Shown in pieces: positions 13,851-26,345 of a stretch of DNA of 64,000 bases. The translations under genes and the position numbers were made by a program. Source of the DNA: Phoronis australis (taxonomy: Eukaryota > Animalia > Phoronida); the NCBI GenBank assembly GCA_002633005.1, contig NMRA01000433.1, positions 1 to 64,000 on the forward strand. The letters run 5' to 3'. Every line of letters begins with the position of its first letter. Within the stretch, counting starts at the first letter, position 1. The notes under the pieces were generated by a model. That model did not search any database. It had not been told where the DNA came from and was given only the letters and a program-made list of their open reading frames with translations.

Positions 13851-15984
13851 GTTGTGGTGAAACATTGAAATATGATTGTTATATCTAATGGCACATTACT
13901 TGGATTGAAATTTCCAATTTAGCGTGGTTTTTGTTATTCTAACGTCTGATAAAAGCGCGCTATATTAAATTTCACGATGACGTTATACCAAACTAAAAGC
14001 CACACCCAATGGTCCAGACTACTTATAAATAAAAGAAACGGTAAATTTGCATTTTGTTGTGTGTTTTTGTGTCATATAAGAAACAATTTGTTCAATTCAT
14101 TATAGTCATTGGTAAGGTCCTGTGAAGAATTTTACTCTGTCAGCAGTATCATTTTTCAACCTTTTTTATTTGTATTCCAAAGATGTGTCCTGCTCTGAAA
14201 TGAAAACTTCCATGGATATTTGTTGAAAATTACCTATATTTCTGTCTCTGTTCATTGATTATTTTACAACCGCTGAGTCTCTACAACAATGTCGTGGCTG
14301 CGTGTGTTGAAAGACTCTTACACCAACGACAAAACTTTCACTTTCTCATTCTCGCCGTTAGTTTAGCTAACCCATTTTAACAGACGTATTAGTGTAAAAC
14401 AAGCATCTAATCTTTAAACCAAGGTACATTTTAAAAATCGGTAAAGTTTTGGTCGAATTTGAAACTTTTCATTATATTTTGGTTATATTTTGAACTTAGG
14501 TACATGTAAATATCAGCCTTGTTTGACTCTTAAAGTGGAATTGTCGTGTGAAAACTCTTTGTCGTATTAATTTGTCAAATGTGCCACGCAGTGTGTGAGG
14601 TGTTCGAGACGACTACCACAACTGTACCTTGCAAGTCGATTTCCGGTCTTACAACATTTGTGGGGGTTTTAGTATATAAGGCCAACCTATGAAACGCTTA
14701 TTGGCATGTATTTGATGCTACAACTTGTGGTGTAATTTATACAGATGGTGAGGCGTTTATTCGGAAAATTTCCTCTTAAAAGCCCACTCCCAGTGAATTT
14801 TTTTTGTCACAAATTCAGTTTTATGTACTGTTTATCATTTATAAAAACGAGCAATGTGTTGGCGAACTATGCATTTGTTAATATAGAGCATAGAATGCAG
14901 TAAAAATGTCAAAGTGGGCACAACTATGAACTTCCGTTTACACGTTCCCTTCCTGAATAAACACCAGGGCGTTTAGTTGGTGTCACTAAAACGCCTGAAA
15001 ATTTTCATTTTCCGAATGCAAGCCAGTGGGGCTTACCTGCAGAAAATCCCGGTATTACTTTTGACATATCAAGTCTTTAGTAGTTAGTTCAACTTCAAGA
15101 AAGCGCACAACTATTTTCATTTTCTTAGACGGAGGGGACAATGTATATCATACTTTTGTTTACCATCAAGGATTAGCTGTTCTTAAAATATCTGGAAATC
15201 GGTTTAAAAAAGATTTGTGGTGCTGGTATTTCGGTTGTTTGAGGCAAATCGAACTATTTTACATGTCATTGACTAATAGAGTATTCTGTCATTCAGTTTC
15301 AAGTCAATGGCAAGGTAACCATTGGGAATTGTTAGACACTACAATGTATTTATTCATAGGTAAAGTGTATGTGTATTTTATGCATTCAACGAACCTAATT
15401 TCATGTATATGTATACGAATAAGAAGCGTTTTGTAAGCGGCTGCTCGCCAACTCAAGTGTATCTCAAGAGCTTCTTACGCCGGAACGAATCATTTCATTA
15501 ACAAACACTCAAATCTTCAGTATATTCAACTGCATTAAGTGGGCACAAATATTATGCTTCATGATCTGGAAATTTGGTTTCGAACTTAATTTACGTCTGA
15601 TGCAAGCTTCTATTGGCATAAGCGTAATCGCAAGTGGTCTAAACAAAACGTTATAGGGCCTTGTTACGTGGCAGGCCCGGCGACTGAAAGGCAGGACCCG
15701 CCCGTGTTTGTGCCAGATCCTGTGAGGTAACTTAAATGATGATCAGGCAAGCCCAAAACATCTCCTCACAGTTCCATGCTGATTTTTAAATGCTCACTAT
15801 AAAATACAATAAATATACATTTCTAGAAAGCGCTAAGAGGCATTGTATCTGGGTAAAATAAATACAAACAGATCTATATAAAATTATCATACACAAATAT
15901 ATCAATGAGAAACTGATGTTTAGGTTACACTGACATACATGTATCATTAAGAATCATTTTCATGCACAATAAATATAGACCATT

Positions 15985-16824
15985 ATACCACAATATTAGC
16001 CTCGAATGGCAGATACAACCGTGTAATAAGACATAAAGTTATCTCACTAGTGATATATCATTTTGGTGGGAAACCGAACCCGGGCCGAAACAGTTGCGAG
16101 TCGCCGACTTTACCACTACACCACTCAGCGGCTGACGTCATCGAACGGAAAAATAGAATACTTAAATGAGCACGCTACAATCGCATGCTCAGCAAAGGGC
16201 ATTGCACCGACATTTATACGCTCTGAAAAATATGACGCATAATTTCCATAAAAACGATATTTTAATTCAGTGAAATTTTTCTCTCGTGTTCTCTCACTTG
16301 CAAATCACCGATCTCCAATTTGAATGCCGGTACCGTGACGTCGGGTTCGCTTGACTGAGCATTATAGTCAGTTACTAGTGGTAACCTACTTTAGCAGACG
16401 ATATTTTCCCGGTCGAAGCTTGGCGTGATAAAATGTGTAGTAACCTATAATAGTTGGTAAACCTTAACTTTATTTCTACTTTGTTTAATTTTCCAATTGG
16501 TTTTCAGTATAAGCATTATTTGACAAAAATAGCTCGGCTTTTCTTAAAAGGTCACGACCTCCGACCCCGGCCTCTGACATAGAAAGTAGCTACAAAGCCG
16601 AGGCGAGTCGAGGAAGGTAGATCGATTCATTGCAATGTTTCTCGTTTAGTATTTGGTATAAATAGATTATTACATGTTCTCAGTCGTTACCCCCCTTATC
16701 TAGACCCCTCGTGGATTTTGGAGAATTGTCACCGGGGCTAACGCCCCTCGGGCGATAATTCTCCAAAATCTACTCGGGCTCTAGATAACGGGGGATAACG
16801 TCTTCGCCATGTAATAATCTATAT
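15985..16824 (-). mobile_element. Hairpin-terminated non-autonomous element with internal tRNA-like cassette, copy A
   Basis: ~160 bp palindrome TAGATTATTACATG...CATGTAATAATCTA at 16663-16822. Body matches copies B-D. Confidence 0.85.
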
Positions 16825-19081
16825 TTATTCCACAATATTAGCCTCGAAAGGCAGATACAACCATGTAATAACCCATAGTGTTATCTCACTAGTGAGATAA
16901 CATTGTGGCGGGAAACCGAGGCCGGTTTCGAACCCAGGCCTCAAGAGTGTTTTAAGTCGCCGACTCAGCGGCCGACGTCATCGAACGTGAAAATAGAATA
17001 TTTAAGGTTATTTCAAACCTTATTTAGTGGCCTCTATTCTAACTCGTATATCAAAAAACTAACCTTGTCAACTAGTAAAAGTATATATTTTCTGAAAGAA
17101 CAGAGACCAGGAAATATAAATATACTTTTTGTATTTATTTGTCATTGTTAGTTTTACGTAAAAACCTTTTTTAAGTAAAAATTTCATTTTTAAGAAAGGT
17201 ACATTCATAGCAAAATAACCCCTCGGTCGATTTTAACGAAACCTTTTTTAAATGAAAACTTCATCAATTACCTCAAAAATGCTGTTAGGAATTTTCGATT
17301 AGTTTGTTCGTTTGGTTTCTATGACAAATAAACTCGCAAAACGTAAGGTATTTTTGTAAAAAATTGAAGTCGTGTTCGTCTTTGCCACATTACACAAAAA
17401 CTAAGCTTTTATATCAAAAATCCTAACAACGTTTTTGAGATTGGTGACTAAATATTAAGTTTGAAAAGTTTCAGCGATATCCTTCGAGCCATTTTTGAGA
17501 ACTCGTGTTCCTAAGTTCAAATAAAGTCGATTTGCCGAAGCCGAGAAAAGGCCGATTAAACTGGGACACGTCTTTGGTTAATTATTCTGTGGAAACTTGT
17601 TTTCAGTATACATAACCTATAGAATCCTTAACTCGGTCACCTATTTCAATGTTTTCTTGCAATGTCAACTAATTTTGCAGTGCGTAACTAACTTAAATGT
17701 CATTAAAACCCCAATAGACCTATCTTTCGCAGCCAACTTCTGCCGTTTTGTACGACTTACTTAGAAAAGTAGGTCACATTTCATAGCCTGTACACATCAC
17801 GTGCTGGGAGACTGATACCAAACCAAGTAAGAAATGGATAACAAAAATTGAACTGGTGGTTAAAGTAAGTCGTTATCATGAAATCGAAACATCGAAATGT
17901 TAACATAAGAATTGAATTAAGGAATAAATGTGGGGATTTATTTTTTTCACAACTTTCTGTGTTCATGAACAGACTGAGGCCTGAGGCAACTCGTAGCATT
18001 CGTTTTCAACGTCAACTGTCGTATGCATGTAGACGCACAACTCCCTTAGGAACAAAACTACTGTACGTTTTGTCTTCGTTTTCCCCGTATCATAACCACA
18101 CCTCGTTGGTTCAATGTTATGGCGAATTTGTGAATGAAAGGACTGAGGGTATACCGAAGCTGTTCTGTACCTGGCGGGAGACTCGGTTTACTTGAAAGCC
18201 CTTTAACCTTTGACCTTGGATAAGTGGTAAACAAATATCCACGCGGTTGTGCGGTTCCAAGGTGGTTCTGCTAAATCTTTTTTTTTCTCGCTACGCAGTA
18301 TATGTTTCGTATTTGAAGTTCCCCGAGAATGAAGATAAGGTATTTTGCTACACACAAGTGAAATAATGTAAAAATGGTCAATTTTTGTGAATAAAGTTGG
18401 AAATGAGCACGAGCAACAATCGCATGTTCAGCAAAGGGCATTATACCGACATTTATAGACTTTGAACAATAAGACGCATAATTTCCATAAAAACGATATT
18501 TTAATTCAGTGAAATTTTTCTCTCGTGTTCCCTCACTTGTAAATCACCGATCTCCAATTTGAATGCGGGTATCGTGTCGTCGGGATTCTTTGACTTGAGC
18601 ATTATAGTCAGTAACTAGTGGTAACCTACTTTAGCAGACGATATTTTCCCGGTCGAAGCTAGCGTAACGTGATTAAATGTGTACTAAGCTATAATAGTTG
18701 CTAAATCTTAATTTACAGATTCACTTCATTTCTATTTTGTTTAAATTTCCAGTTGGTTTTGAGTATAAGCATTATTTGACAAAATAGCTCGGCTTTTCTT
18801 AAAAGGTCACGACCTCCGACCCCGGGCCTTTGACCTAGAAAGTAGTTACAAAGTCAAGACGAGTCGAGAAAGGTAGATCGATTAATTGCAATATTTCTCG
18901 TTCAGTATGTGGTATAAATAGATTATTACATGCTCTGTCGTTACCCCCCTTATCTAGAGCCCTCGTGGATTTTGGAGAATTATCACCCTCGGGGATAACG
19001 CCCCTCGGGCGATAATTCTCCAAAATCCACTCGGGCTCTAGATAACGGGGGTAATGACTTCGCCATGTAATAATCTATATT
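16825..19081 (-). mobile_element. Same element, copy B (tandem to A), split by a 1.4 kb insertion
   Basis: Homologous to A over 16825-17005 and 18401-19081. Terminal palindrome at 18919-19078. Confidence 0.85.
17006..18400. mobile_element. TTAA-targeting non-autonomous DNA transposon (Kolobok-like) nested in copy B
   Basis: Interrupts the element's aatagaata(c/t)TTAAatgagcacg at TTAA. Left end is GGTTATTTCAAACCTTATTTAG; right end gtgaataaagttggaaat is an imperfect inverted match with the outer bases deleted. Confidence 0.65.
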
Positions 19082-19222
19082 TAGCCGAGCTATTTTTGTC
19101 AAATAAATATGTTTTGGAATAAATCAAAACTTTATTGTTTGAATTTTGTACAGTATCTCAATGTATTGTTTCTGTGTTAACAAAGCCCTTGTATTGATCA
19201 ATTACACGATTGTCTTTCAGCA

Positions 19223-19744
19223 ATGGCAGTCACCCTAGAGGATGTAACTTGTGCTATCTGTAAGGACGTCTACGAAACACCAAAGGCTTTACCATGTTTG
19301 CATACCTATTGTGAGCATTGTATCGCTGATTATTTCAAGGCTACCAATTCCGGAAATACGATAACGTGCCCAGAATGTAGAGAAGATCATTTACTGCTGG
19401 AAGGTGTAGCTGGTCTTCGCAACAATTTCCAAGTGGAAAACATGTTGAAGAAGTATCATCAGAACAAAGGAAACCTTTCAAGCAAGCAGACAAGTAAGCT
19501 CTACTCTCCGACCATGCAAGTCCTCGTAAAGACGATCCACGATAAAACTGTAGCCGTCGAAGTGCCTCGCACAGGAAGTGTCCTTGATTTAAAGAAGAAA
19601 GTAGAGGAATGGGAAGGCGTGCCTCCTCATGAACAACGGCTCCTGTTTTGTGGAAAACAGCTTAGAGACAACATGTCGCTTTCTGATTATCAAATAGAAG
19701 ATGATTCGTGCGTGAATTCCGTTCTCAGACTTTGCGGCGGTTGA
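19223..19744 (+). CDS. RING finger (C3HC4, TRIM-type) fused to a C-terminal ubiquitin-like domain with a free di-Gly end, 173 aa
   Basis: RING: CAIC...LPCLHTYCEHCI...ITCPECR. From Met98 (19514) exactly 76 aa, MQVLVKT...EGVPPHEQRLLFCGKQL...LSDY...VLRLCGG*, 36/76 identical to ubiquitin by hand alignment. Acceptor tgtctttcAG (19219-19220) lies 2 nt before the ATG. Confidence 0.92.
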   Translation: MAVTLEDVTCAICKDVYETPKALPCLHTYCEHCIADYFKATNSGNTITCPECREDHLLLEGVAGLRNNFQVENMLKKYHQNKGNLSSKQTSKLYSPTMQVLVKTIHDKTVAVEVPRTGSVLDLKKKVEEWEGVPPHEQRLLFCGKQLRDNMSLSDYQIEDDSCVNSVLRLCGG

Positions 19745-19934
19745 AGTTATACTCAAGGAAATAGCGGAAATGGAGCTTGTTTTAGAAGCGTTAGTGCTGC
19801 CTCTAGCGACATTATATGAATTTATGTCTTAGAAGTGTTTAGTACTTCTTCTAGCGACAATTTATGTAGTCGTGAACTATAACGATAGACTGCGAAACTT
19901 AGTATTTTATGTTTATGGTCAAGGACGGACCAGT

Positions 19935-21593
19935 GTTTCAGCATACTATTATTGTCCTGCAATGTTGCTCCGACCTGTATTCGATCCTGCCCGTATTGGA
20001 AGGAAGTCATCATTCCAATACGAGAAGTAGTTTCTGGCCCGTATTGGAATGAGCGGTCGTTGTCGTTTCGTTGCTCTTGGTTTGTTGAAGTGTGCAGGAT
20101 GTCTTGTGTTAAATTCGTGAGATATGAGGTATTTTTAACCAGAATTGTGTTAGGTTTAATCAGGGATTCTTTTCTACAGATTTTTATTATGTTTCTTAGT
20201 GTTATTAGACACGTGTATTGCACTGTTACAGACTTCACTCGACATGTGTATCACAGGCGTCCTCAGCTTCTGATCGTCCCCAATACACTACATAAAAATA
20301 CTAAATATATGTAGTGTTTTGGGGACGATCAGAATCTGACGACGCTTGTGATGTGTATCAGCTTGCCAGGCTCCTTCCTTACTGCTGGCTTTAACTTTTT
20401 TCTGTGTATTTGTTGTCTACTTTTATGATTTATCTCATCAGTTAGGTCAAACAAATGGGCATAAGCCGTGAACACATGGACAAATGCGTTGCTGGAGCTG
20501 TGAAGGCTAACAACAGCCGGTTCTGTCTCTGACAGAAATATGCAAGAATTCCCAGGCGTCCTCAGCTTCTGCTCGCCCCCATTACACTAAAAAATACTAA
20601 ATGTATGTAGTGTATTGGGGACAGTCAGAAGCTCAGGATGCCATTCAAGAATCCTGATACTGCTGAAGACGGATTCTAAAAGGACAGTTAATGTGGTTCA
20701 TTGGTAGAAACTAATATCGGTCCTCAGAATCTGATAACGATGTCTGTCATTAACACCCTCTCTGTTCTTTGGGAATGTAAAAACAGTATCATGATTATTT
20801 AACTTACATCCAAGTAAATGAACCCTGACGCTGATGAATTTGTTTTGCTGTTCACAGATTGAAATTCGGTTAATGCTTATTGAATGAATAAACTACCATT
20901 GCCATCCAGTTGACCGACATTTACTTTACCCCCATTGCGACATCCTAGATCTGACTGTGAGGCATTATTCGCCGAATAGCATCTGACATATGAAGTCCTT
21001 AGAGGAGCTTCATCTCTACGGTCAGTCAAGTCGCTGTGGTAGAAATTCCTGTGAAGTTGTCAACTGATGTCAAGGAGTTTTTGACCAATACGACTATCGC
21101 TTTGCCAGTCTTGTGGCTAATTTTTAATTTCTTCACATGTACCTGAGTCTCGGGAGTTCTTTGATGGATTCTCTGGATCTTTGCTTTGTTAGGATACGTC
21201 AGCGCCCTTTCAAACAGTTTTGATGTACTTTGCACAACCTTGAGCCCATCTTTAATTTTGTTGGCCATCGTGTTTGTTTGAACATGTACCATTTCTTTGG
21301 TACTACTGAACACCCCCCGCAAGGCATACCATTTGTGGCACAGTTGCACTCATGTGCATATTTCAATGCTTCACATTAGTGTGGTTAAATTTACAATGGA
21401 TTAAGCCTAAATGAAAACTATGTATATTCGCCCTCACAAGAACAACATTATATTGTGTGCGGGACTCAAGCCATTCATTTTGAATCTGAAAATCAAATAT
21501 TTTTTATTTAATTTTAGAATCACCTGGTTTCGTAACGATAACAAATGTTGGCAACTATTGAGAATAGAATTATAAAACCTTTACTTGGCTGCA
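19935..21593 (-). repeat. Right (inverted) copy of the ~1.6 kb repeat
   Basis: Reverse complement of 7443-8982 plus 9634-9665. Confidence 0.9.
20252..20350. mobile_element. 99 bp MITE with 8-bp target site duplication (hAT- or P-type signature)
   Basis: CACAGGCGTC...GACGCTTGTG termini, ATGTGTAT duplicated at 20244-20251 and 20351-20358. The orthologous site in the left copy (~8685) is empty. Confidence 0.85.
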
Positions 21594-24187
21594 TATATAC
21601 ATAAAGAGTAGACCCCTATGCCTTCGCTTATGAAGAAAAAAAGAAGCGTCAGTTCCAGTCTTTCTGGTGCCAGCCAGAATAAATCACATTTCGGGTACGT
21701 TGAATTATATTCAGTTTGGCGTTATAAGTGATTTACATCACACCCGTGGACTGACAATTTTCCTGCAGGAGACGTCTCGCGCAAAATAACTATGAAAACG
21801 AAATCTCCTTTATTTGATATTAGACCCGTGGTCAACCAAGTATTATAAGCAGTTTTACATAAACGTTTAACTAAAAATAGGACACTAAATTCTCAAGTTT
21901 TGCGAAAGTTACACAGGCCTTCAAATTCTTTGGTCAAGAAATAATTTTCTTCGACATTTTTAGTCTTAGCGAATTTTCAAGACATTTTTGATACGCCTAC
22001 GAATTGATAACTTTGTTTTGTTATATGGTTTGATAGGCATCTTATTTCAATTCACGCAGGATTCTCGTTCGTCTTGTTCCCGCATGCAGTAAGTAGTTCC
22101 TGCTGCATCTATATTTGTAAGTTCCTTGATATACTACACTATCATTACAGACTTTAAAAGCAGTCTTGTTCATCAAGGATTGATATTAGGTTTCACTTCG
22201 GAGCGCTACACGCGCTCAGGGCGCCTTTAAACAGTTTTAATCTGAAATGTTGTCCTTGGCGAATTATTTACTGAGCAAGAAAGAATAAATACCTTTAGTA
22301 CAAATTTTTCCCATTGTAGCTGTCATGGGCCTTTTTCCCACGGCGTGTGATTTTGTGAAATTGTTCCAGAATTTTAATACTTTCGTGATTCCCGCTAATT
22401 AATTTCGCAGCTTACTGGAACTTTCCTACCCCGTTCCTATTTTCACCGGGATCATCGCCTTCGGTCAGAACAGGGGTGCGTCGAGCATTTTAACTTATTA
22501 CGTACAACAAACTATATCTCCTTACTGGGAATATACCCAACCGAGTATTTTTATCCATTCGAGTATTTTTGACAGATTCTTGAAGGAAATTCAGTACAAG
22601 CGAAAAATAACACTCAGATCGGTGTGACGAAGAGCGTCTTCACCGCGAGTTGTCTCAGGTCGGGCTACGCCCAGGCCAGGAAATGAAACTCAGAAATATT
22701 TTAATCTTATGAATCAATTGTAAGTACATGTATCAATATAGTCTACAGAATGTCACTTTTTGAAAGAGGTTTTCACTAATTTGCCTTTCAACAGGGGACT
22801 CCCCGGTCCGATGCAGGAAAAACCCTCCACGGCAGTCACAGGGGCACGATCCCTACCTAGCTACGGGATTCCTCCCCGCAAGTAGAGAGAAAGAGAGAGA
22901 GAGCGAGAGCGAGACAGAGGGTGATAGGTTTATTAACATGAGTATTATTAGCGCATAATACACTTTGAAAAACATGATCATAACCCGCAAAGTGATATGG
23001 TGACACCGATGCCATAGGTGTGCAAGCCTAGGCATACCGCCATCGGCGACTGATTTGAAATAAGTCTAATTACAATTCATTTAACAATGTCTAACATAAC
23101 AATGACAATTGACCAAAATCGTTACATTATTACACACGTAGTGAACTTCTAATTTTAGGCTTATTTTACAGCTGTGCTTTGCCGTCTTCGATGGGGAGCA
23201 AATTTCACGGAGGAAGATATTTATCGTAATCTACATGTATTTTGCCCGGGGTACGCCACGAGCTATGTTGCAGAGTAAAACAAGAGGAGGATTGCAAATA
23301 ATGTCATTTATAAAAAATAAAGAGACACTTGTCAAAATAATGCATTTAACAATTTAAATTTAATTTTATGCCTTAGGCATAAAATAACTTCCCCTCAATA
23401 CCGCGCATGAGCAACAGGGTCGAAGTGGGAAGAAATTTTACGTGGCACCGGTACTCTAGTTTCCTAAATCGGCCTGCATCAAAGTATTTGTAAATGTTAA
23501 TGGCGCATGATCTGGAGCTTGCAGTAAAACAAGTTGAGTAGGTGGCAGAGAAAGGAATTTATATTCTGGGAAATTAAGCGTGAGCTGTTTGAAACAAATA
23601 CAGGTAGGGCTGATGCTCTTACATGTAAACCATGGTTGATTTAGAGGGTCCGAAGGGACGATGCCCCACCTAAAATTCGCTGCAACGTAGTAATTTTTCG
23701 CCGTAACACAATGCTCAGTTTCAATACACGATATACCTATTTGCTATCTAGCTAGAAAAAATGCGTTCAAACCAGCGATCACGATTAAAAGCGAAACAAT
23801 GAAGTATGTTGGATTGGAATTGACTCGTCACCGTGTGTTCTAGGTATATGTACCACAAACAACTTTCACGGAAATCTTTACTTCCAAGACCTATAAATGA
23901 ACTTGGGCAGAAATTTAATCAATCAAAACGCGCAGTGTCAAAACTAGTTGACCTAAGAAGAGCTAGCAGCGATGCTTATAGGAATGTCTTTGTATATGTT
24001 CAGTTTTAATGTTATCAATTATTAAGTGGAGACAACATTCTGCAGCCGTCTATTCATTTCTTCATGGATTAGTTCTTACTTCATTACATTCGTTCATGTT
24101 TCGTTTCCTTGCTTCCTATAGATTCTAGCTGTCTTGATATATTCTCTATTGTGTTAGATGTCAACAGGAGTTAGTGAGAGTGGTAAA

Positions 24188-24970
24188 TATATATTATTAC
24201 ATGGCGAAGTCGTTATCCCCGTTATCTAGAGCCCGAGTGGATTTTGGAGAATTATTGTCCGAGGGGCGTTAGAACATGTAATAATCTATTTATACCACAT
24301 ACTAAACGAGAAACATTACAACGAATCGATTTACGATTTCTGACTCTCCACGGCTTTGTAACTACTTTCTATGTCAGAGGCCCGGGGTCGGAGGTCGTAA
24401 CCTTTTAAGAAAAGCCGGGCTATTTTTGTCAAATAATGCTTTTACTCAAACCAAGTGAAAACTTAAATATAATAGAAATGAATTTATAAATTAAGGTTTA
24501 CCAACTATTATAGCTTAAAACACGTTTTTCCACGTTAAACTTCGACCGGGAAATTATCGTCTGCTAAAGTAGGTTACCACTGGTAACTGAATATAATTCT
24601 CAAGTCAAAGATCCTGACGACACGATACCCGCATTCAAACTGGAGATCGGTGATTTACAAGTAAGAGGCCATCAGAGAAAAATTTCACTGAATTAAGATA
24701 TCATTTTTATGGAAATTATGTGTCTTATTTTTCATAACGTATAAGTACAGTACAATGCGGTTTGTTGAACATACGATTATTGAGCGTGCTCATTTAAGTA
24801 TTCTATTTTCACTCTTGATGACGTCAGTCGCTGCATGGTGTAGTGGTAAAGTCGGCGACCAGCAATCCCAGGGTCCCGGGTTCGACTCCGTCCTCGGTTT
24901 CACGCCAAATCGTTATCTCACTAGTGAGATAACTTTATGGGTTATTACACGGTTGTATCTGCCATTTGAC
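24188..24970 (+). mobile_element. Hairpin/tRNA-cassette element, copy C (hairpin internally deleted)
   Basis: ttattacatggcgaagtcg...catgtaataatcta, then the shared body. A box TGGTGTAGTGG and B box GGTTCGACTCC at about 24836-24889. Confidence 0.85.
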
Positions 24971-26288
24971 GCAGCTTAAATTCTCAATCACCAGCCTCTA
25001 TTGTTAAGTCTTGACTTGATTCACAAACAACACAGTCCAAGCTTCTCACTCACCGATTAGTTTTGTATTTGGCGAACATTCATCGAATAAGTTCACTTGC
25101 AAGGAATGCAATATTTGTTATACTATACAGGGCTTGCGATTTTCCTCTTTTAAGAGTATTTCCTCTTTCTTCATCTTTCAGTTAAGTGTCACATTATCTC
25201 ACCAACCTATTTCTTAGTGGAGCGATGCATTACCTGGGAAATGTTCTTGTTTTTGTCATTTATCATTGCAAACCCTGGTAATTATGACGCCAGAAGCTTT
25301 TAAAACACATGTTTTTCTCTCTGAAACACCTCGGGTTTTTCCATTCTTAAAAGACCCACAAACTTAAATATTACTGAATAGAGTCTGTAGTGAAATGGAT
25401 TTCGAAAATGAGCTATCTGTACTTAGCGATATTAAAAAGTGCCAAAACTTTATGAGCAGCAGTCTTGCCTGGGCAGTTCATTGAGCGAAACTACTACCCG
25501 GAAAACTTACTCCCCCGTTAGCTGTGCTGTATAGGTCAGCCGGGTGAGCGTTATACAGCACACAACTGAGGTATTAGCACCTAACCCATAACGAAGCAAT
25601 CTCTCTGGAAACAGCCACATGAAAGTTGTCCTTTGTCCAATGCATGCCCACATGCCTGCCAGGGCCTACGGTATTCAATTTTCGGGCAAAGTCAGAGAAT
25701 GCCATGAGTCGACAAAATAATCATAAACAGTGAAGATGACTTGATTTATTCTAAACTTTTATTGTTTCAATACTCGCAATGCCTTCGAACAAAATCTCCA
25801 ACTCTCTGTACATTTTTTAAGCGAAATGATCAGTGATACAACTGAAGGTAGTGTTGTTCAACAGGGCGAATTCGCCGACTTGAATTTTTGGGCAGAAATT
25901 TTAATTTACACCTCCCATTTTTTCTTCGGCAGCCTTGACTCTCTTGAAAATCAGAGCAACGTGCGAAGCTGTCGGCGTCAGTTGATAGCTTTCGGGACTG
26001 CCAGTTTCCAAACTTTAATTGAGCTTCCTGTGAAACGCCTCACCGATTTTAATTGTTATTGATTATTTTGTCTTTTCATGACATTCTGTCACATATCATC
26101 ATATCATTCAGAAAAAGCTGTTAAAGAAATGTCATATGTGAGCAGGAATTTCTGATTTTTGAATTTGACCGTTAACAGGAAGCCAAGTGAAATCAATCAT
26201 GTAGACAAAACGTTTCGGTTTTGGGATTCCTACCAAAACGTTCCCAGTTAGTCTATTTTTATATGTGTGTGTATATACATGTATATAG

Positions 26289-26299
<11 letters not shown>

Positions 26300-26345
<46 letters not shown>
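26300..26345. repeat. (TG)n microsatellite
   Basis: Seen directly. Confidence 0.95.

Noticed and set aside
19822-20314. 138-aa and 120-aa ORFs next to RING-UBL
   Set aside because: They lie in the repeat arm and MITE, with no recognisable domain.
24830-24900. Possible tRNA gene
   Set aside because: The anticodon arm does not pair, it differs among copies, and it is embedded in a repeat.
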